NCBI GenBank assembly: GCA_964543955.1
Contig: CAZJBN010000006.1
Location: forward strand, 3,949 to 67,948
DNA from: an uncultured Bifidobacteriaceae bacterium
GTDB taxonomy: Bacteria > Acidobacteriota > Vicinamibacteria > Vicinamibacterales > UBA2999
Direction: 5' to 3'
Length of the DNA stretch: 64,000 nucleotides
Shown here: piece by piece, positions 16,154 to 25,340 of the stretch
How the letters are laid out: each line of letters starts with the position of its first letter
Position numbering within the stretch: position 1 is the stretch's first letter
Program-made: the position numbers and the translations under genes
The notes under the pieces: model-generated
Database searches by the model: none
What the model was told of the DNA's origin: nothing
Seen by the model: only the letters and a program-made list of their open reading frames with translations

Positions 16154-17077
16154 TCAGTCCTCGATCCGGATCGAGCCGTCTCCGGTGCGAATCTTCAGCA
16201 GGGGTCCTCCCGAGCCCATCGTCGTGCGGAGCTCACGCCTGCGCTCGCTTCGGTCGGCGCCGTCCCGATCCCCGCCGCTGATCCCGGGGTGTGACGTCGT
16301 CACCCTGCCATCCGATGTTTCGGCGTCGATCTCGGCATTGAAGCCCGTCGGCAGGGCAACGGTGATGCTGCCGTCGTTCGTGTGCACGTCCCAGGGGCCG
16401 GCCATGACGGCGCCTGACGCGATCCGCAGGCGGATGCTGCCGTCGCCGGTGTCCGCGCGCAGCACGGACGGCTTTCCGTCGAACGTGACGCTGCCGTCGT
16501 CTGTTTCGAGATCCAGTTCGCCTTCGGCGTTGTCGACGCGGATGGAGCCGTCGCCGGTCCGGATTTCGACGTTGCCGGAGACGCGGTCCGCCGTGACGCT
16601 GCCATCCCGCGTGGCGAGCACGAGGCGTCCGGTCAGGTTCTCGACGCGGATGGACCCGTCACCGGAACGCGCCTGCAGGGTGAGCGATCGGGGCACGGCG
16701 ACCATGAGCCTGGCCGCCGGTGAGACGTGAACGCCGATGGTGACGCCGCGCGATTCCCTCGGAGAGGGACCCTTGACCTGAACCACGATGCGATCCCCGT
16801 CCTGCGTGGCCTCGACGGTCATCTCGTCGATGAGCGCCTGTTCCATGGCGCGCTTCTCGATCTCGACCTCCACCTCGTTGCGGTCCCAGGAATGGATCTC
16901 GATCGAGCCATCGAAGGTGTCGAGGGTGAGATCCGGCTGGCCGCTGACCGCGAACGTCCGCGTGTCGCGCGTCGTCAGCCCCTCGGTGCTGAGGTTGACT
17001 TCGCACGCGGCAAGCGCAGCGCCCGCGGCGGCGACGATGGCGAGCCGGGCGCAGGAGGCGGCAAGGGTTTTCTTCAT
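16154..17077 (-). CDS. DUF4097-type beta-helical lipoprotein
   Basis: ORF 16154..17077(-) has a lipobox AALAAC after the signal peptide and many repeats of the D-G-S-I/V type (TGDGSIRV, TDDGSVTF, TNDGSITV, TGDGSIRI). Confidence 0.75.
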   Translation of the reverse strand: MKKTLAASCARLAIVAAAGAALAACEVNLSTEGLTTRDTRTFAVSGQPDLTLDTFDGSIEIHSWDRNEVEVEIEKRAMEQALIDEMTVEATQDGDRIVVQVKGPSPRESRGVTIGVHVSPAARLMVAVPRSLTLQARSGDGSIRVENLTGRLVLATRDGSVTADRVSGNVEIRTGDGSIRVDNAEGELDLETDDGSVTFDGKPSVLRADTGDGSIRLRIASGAVMAGPWDVHTNDGSITVALPTGFNAEIDAETSDGRVTTSHPGISGGDRDGADRSERRRELRTTMGSGGPLLKIRTGDGSIRIED

Positions 17078-17113
17078 GGAGGTCCCTGGCGACTGTAGAC
17101 GGAGAGGAGGAAG

Positions 17114-18304
17114 TCAGGGTTCCAACGCCGGCTGGCCCTCGATGTAAGTCTGGCTCACGAAGAGCGCGTCGTCCAGCACGGCCAGGTCGGCGGCGGTGCC
17201 GATCTCGATGCGGCCTGTCTCGTGCAGCCCCAGTTGGGCCGCCGGCGACGTCGCGCACAACCGGGCCGCCATGACGACCGAGAGGCCGGCCTGGCGTACC
17301 AGCATCCTGAAGGCGCCGTCCATCGTCAGGACGCTTCCCGCGAGTGTCCCGTCGTCGAGCTCGGAGGAGTGCGCCTTGACGACGATGGTGCGTCCACCGA
17401 GGCGCGTGCGCGATCCGATCGAGAGGCCCGAGCCCGCTGTGCCGTCGGTGATGGCCATCATGCGGTCGACGCCTTTCAGGCTCACGGCCATCGAGACGAC
17501 CGACGGGTGGACGTGATAGGCGTCGCAGATGATCTCGGCGGCCACGGCGCTCGATTCGAGGACGGCGCCAGCCACGCCCGGCTCCCGATGACCGAGTGGA
17601 GACATCCGATTGAAGAGATGCGTGGCGTGCGTCACGCCGGCGCCAATCGCGGCGCGAGCCTGATCGCAGGTGGCACCCGAGTGGCCGATGGACACGATGT
17701 GGCCCGACCGGGTCAGTGCGCTGACGAGATCCATCCCGCCGGCGATCTCCGGCGCTGCCGTCACGATGGCCACCTCGTCCCGGCACGCCTCGATGATCGA
17801 GATGATCGCGTCGGCCGTGAACGCGCCAGGGTCTGCAGAGCGAACGGAGGACCCGAACTCCCGGAGGCACTCCGCAGGCTGCGCGCCCTTCCAGGCGGGG
17901 TTGATGAAGTTGCTCTCGAGGTGCGCCGGCAGCACGCGCGCCGATTCGCGCGCGGGAATGGCACGCGCCCGACGGATGGCCCGCAGCAGGGTCTCGAGCG
18001 TCGAGGGCGTGCACGCCACCGATGTCGGGCAGAAGGCCGTGACGCCGTAGCGGGGCAACTCGGCCGCCACGGCAGCGACCGCGTCGCCATCGTCGAGCAC
18101 GTCGACGCCGGCGACGCCGTGCACGTGAACATCGATGAACCCTGGCACGATGGTGTGTCCGGTGACGTCCAGCCGCGTCGCGCCCTCCGGTCCGTCCAGT
18201 GTCCGCGCATCGATGTCGGCGATGCGGCCTTCGTCGATGACGAGGGTGCCTCGCGAGAGGACCCGGTCCGGCAGCACGACATCGCCGCCGGCGAGAACGA
18301 TCAT
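17114..18304 (-). CDS. nagA: N-acetylglucosamine-6-phosphate deacetylase
   Basis: ORF 17114..18304(-) has VPGFIDVHVHGVAGVD, SIGHSGATCDQA and THLFNRMSPLGHREPG. Confidence 0.85.
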   Translation of the reverse strand: MIVLAGGDVVLPDRVLSRGTLVIDEGRIADIDARTLDGPEGATRLDVTGHTIVPGFIDVHVHGVAGVDVLDDGDAVAAVAAELPRYGVTAFCPTSVACTPSTLETLLRAIRRARAIPARESARVLPAHLESNFINPAWKGAQPAECLREFGSSVRSADPGAFTADAIISIIEACRDEVAIVTAAPEIAGGMDLVSALTRSGHIVSIGHSGATCDQARAAIGAGVTHATHLFNRMSPLGHREPGVAGAVLESSAVAAEIICDAYHVHPSVVSMAVSLKGVDRMMAITDGTAGSGLSIGSRTRLGGRTIVVKAHSSELDDGTLAGSVLTMDGAFRMLVRQAGLSVVMAARLCATSPAAQLGLHETGRIEIGTAADLAVLDDALFVSQTYIEGQPALEP

Positions 18305-19194
18305 GCGCGGGCGCTGACGAGCCGCGCAGCCCCGATGGCCGCCGCGTCAGCTCCCAGTTGAGACAACACGATGCGGAGCCGATCCGCCTGCGCCTGGGGC
18401 AGCCGCCGGCTGCACTCGGACCGGATGGACTCGAGGAGCACGTCGCCGGACGTGGCCACCATCCCGCCGAGCACGATGGCCTCCGGGTCCAGCGTCGCGG
18501 CGACGTTGGACAGGGCCATGCCGATGTACTTCGCGGTGTCGCGAATCACGGAGACCGAGACGCCGTCGCCGGTCCGCGCGCCCTGGAAGACCTGGGCAGC
18601 CGTGACGCGTGACAGATCTCCGCCGGTCTGGCTGGTGATAACCGACTCGTCGCCCGACTTGATTCGCCACACGATCCGCCGGACGATGCCGGCGGCGGCA
18701 ATCTCGGCCTCCAGGCCGCCAAGCCGGCGGTAGTCTTCGCGCTCCACGGGGTTGAGCGCGAACCATCCGAGCGAGCCGGCCAGGCCGTGCGCACCCTGCC
18801 ACGGTTCGCCGTTGAGCAGGATGCCGGCGGTGACGTGCTCCCCGACCGAGAAGCCCACGACGTGGCGCAGGTCGCGCGCCGCGCCGCACCACTGCTCGGC
18901 GATCACCGCCGCGATGCCCGCGGAAACCGCGCGTAGGTCCGGACCGTTCGGCACGAGCTCGGCAAGTGCGGACTCGAGCTCCGGCGGGAGCGTATCGCCC
19001 GGAGATGGCAGCGCGACGCCTGCCCGCGAGACGGTCGCTCCAGCCCCGGCAATGGCCCGCCGTGCGGCGGCAACGGCGGCCGGCACCGGGCTCGCTCTGC
19101 CCAGCTCCTGTTCCCCTCGTGCCAGGACCTGCGCGTGCATGTTGACGACGACCGCGCGAGCGACGCCGTCGGAGAGATCGAGGCCCAGGGTCAT
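18301..19194 (-). CDS. ROK-family sugar kinase/regulator-like protein
   Basis: ATG 19194 (MTLGLDLSDGVARAVVV...) lies within ORF 18301..19203(-). It has LSNVAATLDPEAIVLGGMV. ATGA overlaps occur at both ends (19191-19194 and 18301-18304). Confidence 0.7.
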   Translation of the reverse strand: MTLGLDLSDGVARAVVVNMHAQVLARGEQELGRASPVPAAVAAARRAIAGAGATVSRAGVALPSPGDTLPPELESALAELVPNGPDLRAVSAGIAAVIAEQWCGAARDLRHVVGFSVGEHVTAGILLNGEPWQGAHGLAGSLGWFALNPVEREDYRRLGGLEAEIAAAGIVRRIVWRIKSGDESVITSQTGGDLSRVTAAQVFQGARTGDGVSVSVIRDTAKYIGMALSNVAATLDPEAIVLGGMVATSGDVLLESIRSECSRRLPQAQADRLRIVLSQLGADAAAIGAARLVSARA

Positions 19195-19604
19195 GATGGC
19201 CAATCGGAATGGGCGTGCAGTGTACGTCCCTCCAGAGGCAGCGGACCATCCGCCGCCCGAAACAAACCGACGTCGAGCCGCGTGACGAGCGCTTCGAAGC
19301 CCGCCGCATCCGGCGCGGACAGCACCAGGACGCCGGCGCCGGCCGCCACGGGGAAGCGCCGCTCGTCGAGATAGTCCCGGTCCAGCGTGACGAGCGTGCG
19401 CCTCAGCTGGCGCGCCAGGTGAAAGTGTGCCAGATCGCGCGCGCGGCGCAGGTCCGGGTGCTCCATCACGAACAGGACGTCCCAGTGGAGACGCATGCGC
19501 ATGAAGGCCACGAGGCCCGCGGGCAGGTTCGCGTCCGCATAGACCCTCGGGCGATCGGTCACCGCGTCGACGACGGGCCCGAGTTCAGACCAGAGCGTGC
19601 CCAT
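19191..19604 (-). CDS. PIN-like (DUF5615/Mut7-C-like) domain protein
   Basis: ORF 19191..19604(-) reads VYADANLPAGLVAFMR...WDVLFV...ARDLAHFHLARQLRRTLVTLDRDYLD...GVLVL. This fits the D-x-N-L-P ... LVT-x-D-x-D-F/Y pattern of DUF5615-type PIN-like domains. The assignment is by pattern only. Confidence 0.45.
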   Translation of the reverse strand: MGTLWSELGPVVDAVTDRPRVYADANLPAGLVAFMRMRLHWDVLFVMEHPDLRRARDLAHFHLARQLRRTLVTLDRDYLDERRFPVAAGAGVLVLSAPDAAGFEALVTRLDVGLFRAADGPLPLEGRTLHAHSDWPS

Positions 19605-19670
19605 CGATCACACTCTCCCTGCGGGACATCGCCTTAGGGTAGCATTTGCGTGTGATGGCTGGAGCCGCGA

Positions 19671-21023
19671 GTGGATGATATGACCGTCGCCGCACGGCGG
19701 GCCGGCGCGGGTCGGACCGAAGCCGATGTGGAAGCCCGGTTCAAGGCGCTCGTCCAGTCGCCGCTGCGCGCGGGCATCCTGCGCTTCCTGAGCGCCCGCC
19801 CGAACGAGTCGTTCGACATCGAGTCCCTGATGCAGACGTTCGGCCGCATGCGGCTGGACGTGGACAACTGCGTGCGCGAACTGGTCGAGTTCGGGGTCGC
19901 CCGCCGATCGGGGGCGAGTCCACACACGTACGGGGCGGCGCGGCCGGAGGGCGCGGCCGGCCACCTGCTCGACGCCTTCCTGGAGCGCCGCGCGCACATC
20001 GGTGTCGAGGAGTCTTCGCCGTCCGTCCAGCGCTTCCGCGAGATGATCGGGCGCGACGAGAAGATGCTCGCCATCTTCGAGTGGATTCGCACGGCGGCCA
20101 AGTCGGATATCTCGGTGCTCATCCTCGGCCCCACCGGCTCGGGCAAGGAAGTCGTGGCGCGGATGATCCACGAGCTGTCCCGCCGGGGCCAGGAGCGGTT
20201 TCAGGCCGTCAACTGCGCGGCTCTTCCCGATACGCTCTTCGAGTCCGAGATCTTCGGCTACGAGAAGGGCGCCTTCACCGGAGCGCACGACCGCAAGCCC
20301 GGACGCCTCGAAATGGCCAACGGCGGCACGCTGTTCCTGGACGAAGTCGGCGACCTCTCGCTCGTGGCACAGGCCAAGCTGCTTCGGGTGCTCGAGGAGC
20401 GGCGATTCGAACGTCTCGGCGGCAACCGGTCCATCTCCGTGGACTTCCGCCTGATCTCGGCGACGAACCGGCCCCTCGACATGTTCGTGCGCGAGAGCCG
20501 CTTCCGCGAAGACCTGTACTACCGGATCAACGCGTTCGCCATCCGCCTGCCCTCCCTGCGGGAGCGGGCCACCGATATTCCCGTCCTCGCAGGCCGCTTC
20601 CTCGCCCGCTACTGCGCGGGCAACGGCCTGCCGCTCGACGCCAAGCAGTTCTCTCCAGAAGCCGCCGACGAGCTCGTTCGCTACCACTGGCCCGGCAACA
20701 TCCGCGAGCTCGAAAGCACGGTCTCTCGCGCCGCGCTCTCGGCACCCGGCCGCGTGATTCGCGCCGCCGACATCGAGTTCCTGCACGGATCGGCCGCCCC
20801 GCGCGCCGACGAACCGTCGGGCAATCGCCTGCCGTCGCTGAGGGACGCCGAACGCGCGCACATCATCCGCGTCCTCGACGCCGCGCGATGGAACAAGCTC
20901 GAGGCCGCGCGCATCCTCGATATCAGCCGCGGCACGCTCTATCGAAAGATCGAGGAGTACGGTCTCGAACCCGGGCCTGGAATGGGAAAGCGAAGAGCCA
21001 GGCGGGAAAGCGTCGAAGCATGA
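19671..21023 (+). CDS. sigma-54-dependent transcriptional activator (bEBP) with non-receiver N-terminal domain
   Basis: ORF 19671..21023(+) has Walker A GPTGSGKE, GAFTGA (EKGAFTGAH), WPGNIRELE, and a C-terminal Fis-type HTH LEAARILDISRGTLYRKI. Confidence 0.9.
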   Translation: MDDMTVAARRAGAGRTEADVEARFKALVQSPLRAGILRFLSARPNESFDIESLMQTFGRMRLDVDNCVRELVEFGVARRSGASPHTYGAARPEGAAGHLLDAFLERRAHIGVEESSPSVQRFREMIGRDEKMLAIFEWIRTAAKSDISVLILGPTGSGKEVVARMIHELSRRGQERFQAVNCAALPDTLFESEIFGYEKGAFTGAHDRKPGRLEMANGGTLFLDEVGDLSLVAQAKLLRVLEERRFERLGGNRSISVDFRLISATNRPLDMFVRESRFREDLYYRINAFAIRLPSLRERATDIPVLAGRFLARYCAGNGLPLDAKQFSPEAADELVRYHWPGNIRELESTVSRAALSAPGRVIRAADIEFLHGSAAPRADEPSGNRLPSLRDAERAHIIRVLDAARWNKLEAARILDISRGTLYRKIEEYGLEPGPGMGKRRARRESVEA

Positions 21024-21069
21024 CAAGACGTGCATCTGTCGTGTTCTAGATGACTTCAACGTAAAATAG

Positions 21070-23604
21070 ATGTCGAGCATGCGTGCGCTGCCTCCCGCCG
21101 CGCGACTCTACGTCAGCGCCATCATCGCGATCGGCGCGGCGCTTCTCGTGTGGCTGGGACCCAGGGCGACATTCGATCAGCCGTCGCTCTTCATCGCGCT
21201 CCTCGCCCTGTCCGCCATCACGTCGGCCTTCAAGGTCAGCCTGCCTCTCGACCGCAGCGGCTCGACGATGTCGGTGTCCTATGCGGTGGACTTCGCGTCG
21301 CTCCTGATGCTCGGCCCGCACGAGACGATGTTCGTGGCGGTGACGAGCGCGTGGAGCCAGTGCACGTTCCGCATGAAGGCCCCGAACCCCGTACACCGGA
21401 CGGCCTTCAGCATGGCGTGCCTGGCGATCACCGTGCAGGCGGCCGGCCTGGCCTACGCGTCGCTCGGTGGCATCCCCGGGCAGTTGGCGCCCACGGTGGC
21501 GGGCGTCGCGCGTCCGCTCGTCGGCGCGGCGACGGTGTACTTCCTCTTCAACACGTTCACCATCGCGATTGCCATCGCCCTGTCGACCTCGCAGAGCCTC
21601 CTGGGCGTCTGGAACAAGAACTTCCTGTGGAGTGCGCCGAGTTACTTCGTCGGCGCAGGCGCGGCCGCGCTGGCCACCTGGGCAGGGTTCTCATCCGGCG
21701 TGTGGGTGGCGCTGCTCGCCGCGGCGCCGCTCTTCCTCACCTACCGGACTTACAAGGTGTACCTGGGCCGCATCGACGACGAACGCCGGCACGTGAGCGA
21801 GATGGCGGATCTCCACCTGGCGACGATCGAGGCGCTGGCCCTCGCGATCGACGCCAAGGATCAGACCACCCAGACGCACATCCGGCGCGTGCAATCGTAT
21901 GCGACAGAGCTTGCGCGCAGCCTGGGCATGAGCGAGAGCGACATTCAGGGCGTGCGAACGGCCGCGCTTCTGCACGACATCGGCAAGCTGGCCGTGCCGG
22001 AGCACATCCTGTCCAAACCCGGTCCCCTCACGCAGGAGGAGTTCGGCAAGATCCGGCTTCACCCGCAGATTGGCGCCGAAATCATCAGCGCGGTCCCCTT
22101 CCCCTATCCGGTCGCACCGCTCATCCTGAGCCATCACGAGCGATGGGACGGCAAGGGCTACCCGCAGGGTCTCGAGGGCGACGCCATTCCGCTCGGCGCG
22201 CGCATCCTCTCGGTCGTGGACTACTTCGATGCCCTGACGTCGGATCGGCCCTACCACAAGGCGATGTCGCAGGAGAATGCGCTGACGCTGCTCCAGCAGG
22301 AGGCCGGCCGCGCGCTCGATCCGACCGTGGTCAGGCTCTTCATCCAGAAGCTGCCGGCCATGCTGGAGCAGACGGCGCTGCTCGAGGCCACGCCGAGCCG
22401 CCGTCTCTCGCTCGAGACGGTGTCGGATCGCGGCGTGCCGGCGGCCGGTTTCCAGCCCGAGCGCGCGCCGCTCCTGCCTCCGTCGGCCAGCGGCTCGGTC
22501 TTCGACGACATCGCGCACGCCCACCGCGAGATTTATGCGCTCTACGAGATCGCCCAGACGATGGGCACGAGCCTCGGCATCGCGGACACGATGGCGCTCA
22601 TCGCACCGAAGCTGAGCAACCTCGTCCCGTTCTCGTCCTGCGCGCTCTTTCTCCACGACGAGTCCGAAGGGGCGCTCTGCTGCCGGTTCGCCACCGGCTC
22701 GGAGGCCGAGGTGCTGGGGAGCCTCTCGGTGCGCGCGGGACAGGGACTCGCCGGATGGGTGGCACGCAACCGCCGGCCTCTCGTCAACGCGCGCCCGAGC
22801 GCGGACTTCGAGGCTGCCGGGCTCGGCAAGCACGCCACGTGGCTCCGGTCCGCTCTGGTGGCGCCGCTCGTGTTCAACGATCGGCTGATCGGCACGCTGG
22901 CCGTGTACCACGTCGAGGCCGACTTCTACTCCGACGATCACCGGCGGCTGATCGACCGTGTCTGCGAGCAGGCGGCCGCGGTCATCCACAATTCGATCAT
23001 CTTCGAGCAGACGCAGGAGGACTCGCTCACCGACGCGTTGACGGGCCTGCCCAACACGCGCTCGATGTTCCTCCACCTCTCCCGCGAGCTCGCACGCGCG
23101 GAACGGATGAAGGGCGAGGTCGCGCTGCTCGTGATGGACCTGGACAACTTCAAGGACATCAACGACACCTACGGGCACCACGTCGGTGACCGGGCGCTCT
23201 GCGACGTCGCCGCGATCCTCGAGGCGACCGTCCGGCCCTACGACATCTGCGTCCGCTACGCCGGGGACGAGTTCATCGTCGTGCTGTCGGGCTGCGGCGC
23301 CGACGAGGCCGAACGAAAGCGCCTGGAGCTCCAGGACGCCGTGGACGGCCTTCTGTTCGAGCCCGTGCCCGGACGCCGGCAGCCATTGTCGGTGAGCGCG
23401 GGCGCCGCGGTCTTTCCGCACGATGGGGACACGTACGAATCCCTCATGGCCGCGGCCGACCTGCGGATGTACGGCGACAAGACCCGCCGCAAGCGCCCGC
23501 TCGGGGGTGAGCCGAGTCGAGCCGTAACGGAGGTCCCGGCTCGAACGACTCCCTCGCCACAGCCCGAACCACGCGCCGAGAGCGCGGGACTCGGGGCCCG
23601 GTAG
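21070..23604 (+). CDS. multi-TM sensor with HD-GYP, GAF and GGDEF (AGDEF) domains
   Basis: ORF 21070..23604(+) has a roughly 230-aa polytopic N-terminus. HD-GYP is HDIGKLAVPE...HHERWDGKGYP at 21973-22164, followed by a GAF-like segment. The GGDEF domain has RYAGDEFIVVL (AGDEF at 23260-23274). Confidence 0.9.
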   Translation: MSSMRALPPAARLYVSAIIAIGAALLVWLGPRATFDQPSLFIALLALSAITSAFKVSLPLDRSGSTMSVSYAVDFASLLMLGPHETMFVAVTSAWSQCTFRMKAPNPVHRTAFSMACLAITVQAAGLAYASLGGIPGQLAPTVAGVARPLVGAATVYFLFNTFTIAIAIALSTSQSLLGVWNKNFLWSAPSYFVGAGAAALATWAGFSSGVWVALLAAAPLFLTYRTYKVYLGRIDDERRHVSEMADLHLATIEALALAIDAKDQTTQTHIRRVQSYATELARSLGMSESDIQGVRTAALLHDIGKLAVPEHILSKPGPLTQEEFGKIRLHPQIGAEIISAVPFPYPVAPLILSHHERWDGKGYPQGLEGDAIPLGARILSVVDYFDALTSDRPYHKAMSQENALTLLQQEAGRALDPTVVRLFIQKLPAMLEQTALLEATPSRRLSLETVSDRGVPAAGFQPERAPLLPPSASGSVFDDIAHAHREIYALYEIAQTMGTSLGIADTMALIAPKLSNLVPFSSCALFLHDESEGALCCRFATGSEAEVLGSLSVRAGQGLAGWVARNRRPLVNARPSADFEAAGLGKHATWLRSALVAPLVFNDRLIGTLAVYHVEADFYSDDHRRLIDRVCEQAAAVIHNSIIFEQTQEDSLTDALTGLPNTRSMFLHLSRELARAERMKGEVALLVMDLDNFKDINDTYGHHVGDRALCDVAAILEATVRPYDICVRYAGDEFIVVLSGCGADEAERKRLELQDAVDGLLFEPVPGRRQPLSVSAGAAVFPHDGDTYESLMAAADLRMYGDKTRRKRPLGGEPSRAVTEVPARTTPSPQPEPRAESAGLGAR

Positions 23605-23766
23605 CCGAACCATTCATGAGGCCCGGATCGGTTCGCCCTTCGCGGTTCGACCGTGCTCACCGCGCCCTGAGTGTGCCGAAGGGCGGGCTTCGACTCCGGC
23701 CCTCGGCGAGCCTCGGCTCCGGACCAGCCCGGCCATTCGAACCGCCGACGATCTACGATCGGCCTC

Positions 23767-24471
23767 GTGGACCTGACGACGCTCGGCGTGCGCGAGGTGG
23801 TGCAGGCGACCCCTCGCACCCGCGTGCTGCGGCTGGACCTCGACGGCTCGCCTTTCACATTTGCCGCCGGGCAGGCCGTCATGGCCGGACTGCACGGGTC
23901 GCCTCTTCGCAAGCCGTACTCCATTGCCTCGGCCCCCTTCGAAGCCGCGCGCGACGGCGCGATCGAGCTGCTGATCCAGGTCGAGGACGCCGGCGGCCTC
24001 GACCCGCACCTCGAGCTCGCCGAGCCGGGCCGCGCCATCGATATCGAAGGTCCGTTCGGCAGCTTCGGACTGCCGAGCGAAGGCAGGCGCCCCTTGCTGT
24101 TCGTCGCCGGCGGGACGGGCATCGCGCCGCTTCGCTCGATGCTGGTCGAAGCGCTGCACCGCGAACCGGAGCTGTACCCGTCGATGCTGTACAGTGCGCG
24201 AGCGGCGGAGGAGTTCGCGTATCGAGGGGAACTGGAGCGGCTGGCCGACGAAGGACGTTTGAAGCTCTACCTGACCGTGACGCGCGACCGTGTGGGCGAA
24301 TGGCCCGGCCGCCGGGGCCGGATTGACGATCGCCTGCTGGCGGCGGCGCTGCCGTCACCGGATGCACGCTGCCTCGTCTGCGGTCCGCCCGCCCTGGTGC
24401 GCGACGTCACCATGAGCCTGGAGCACCTGGGCATCCCCGCGAGGGCGATCATCGTCGAACGCTACGAGTGA
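23767..24471 (+). CDS. ferredoxin-NADP reductase-like FAD/NAD(P)-binding oxidoreductase
   Basis: ORF 23671..24471(+) has RKPYSIAS (RxYS FAD motif) and FVAGGTGIAPLRSM (NAD motif). Start tentatively at GTG 23767, because the upstream part of the ORF is Arg/Pro-rich and unlike protein. Confidence 0.75.
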   Translation: MDLTTLGVREVVQATPRTRVLRLDLDGSPFTFAAGQAVMAGLHGSPLRKPYSIASAPFEAARDGAIELLIQVEDAGGLDPHLELAEPGRAIDIEGPFGSFGLPSEGRRPLLFVAGGTGIAPLRSMLVEALHREPELYPSMLYSARAAEEFAYRGELERLADEGRLKLYLTVTRDRVGEWPGRRGRIDDRLLAAALPSPDARCLVCGPPALVRDVTMSLEHLGIPARAIIVERYE

Positions 24472-24520
24472 GGCTGCCGTCCTCGAGGCGGAAGCCTGAG
24501 GCACGGGGAGCGCCGACACG

Positions 24521-25297
24521 TCACATGCCGAGCACGTGAAAGCCGGCGTCCACCATGAGGACTTCGCCTGTGATGCCTCGCCCGCCGTCGCCAAGGAGGA
24601 AGGCCGCGGCGTCGCCGACTTCCGACGTGTCGATGGCGCGGCGAAGCGGCGCTCGCTCGCGGACGACGCCCAGGATGGACGAGAAGCCGCCGATGCCTGC
24701 CGCCGCGAGCGTCTTGACGGGCCCGGCCGAGATGGCGTTCACGCGGATGTTCGACGGACCGAGGTCGCTGGCCAGGTACCGCACGGAGGACTCGAGCGCG
24801 GCCTTGGCAACGCCCATGACGTTGTAGTTCGGGAACACGCGATCGCTGCCGAGGAACGACAGCGTGAGGATGCTGCCGCCGCCGCGCTGTTCCATCAACG
24901 GCATGGCACCGCGCGCGAGGGCCACGAGCGAGTACGCGCTGATGTCGAGCGCCAGCCGGAAGCCGTCGCGCGAGGTCTCGACATACGGTCTGGCGAGCTC
25001 GTCGCGCTGCGCGAAGGCGACGCCGTGCACCAGGAAGTCGAGGCCGCCGTGCTGCTCGCGAATGTGCGCGAAGACCGCGTCGATCTCGGCGTCGTTCTGC
25101 ACGTCGCAGGGCACGACGGTGGACGGCGTGGGCAAGGTTGCCGCGAGTTCCTTCACGTGATCCTCGAAGCGGCCCTGGTAGCTCAGGACGAGCGTGGCGC
25201 CTTCCGCCGCCGTCGCCTGAGCGATGGCCCACGCCAGCGACCGGTGATTGGCGACACCGACGACCAGCCCGACCTTGCCTTCCATTCGCACGCTCAT
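24521..25297 (-). CDS. fabI: enoyl-[acyl-carrier-protein] reductase (NADH)
   Basis: ATG 25297 (MSVRMEGKVGLVVGVANHRSLAW...) lies within ORF 24521..25465(-). It has NVMGVAKAALESSVRYLA and RVNAISAGPVKTLAA. Confidence 0.9.
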   Translation of the reverse strand: MSVRMEGKVGLVVGVANHRSLAWAIAQATAAEGATLVLSYQGRFEDHVKELAATLPTPSTVVPCDVQNDAEIDAVFAHIREQHGGLDFLVHGVAFAQRDELARPYVETSRDGFRLALDISAYSLVALARGAMPLMEQRGGGSILTLSFLGSDRVFPNYNVMGVAKAALESSVRYLASDLGPSNIRVNAISAGPVKTLAAAGIGGFSSILGVVRERAPLRRAIDTSEVGDAAAFLLGDGGRGITGEVLMVDAGFHVLGM

Positions 25298-25340
25298 CCG
25301 TCGCTCGATTCTGGTGTGGAGTCGCGGGCCGTCGGCCCGT

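Noticed and set aside
23671-23766. The upstream start (23671) for the FNR-like reductase.
   Set aside because: The extra 32 residues (MCRRAGFDSGPRRASAPDQPGHSNRRRSTIGL) look non-protein-like, and homology begins at about LTTLGVREV. GTG 23767 is preferred, but this is unverified.
24472-24496. A hairpin, GGCTGCCGTCCTCGAGGCGGAAGCC, between the convergent FNR-like gene and fabI, as a terminator.
   Set aside because: The stem is imperfect with two mismatches and there is no T-tract on either strand. It is too weak to call.
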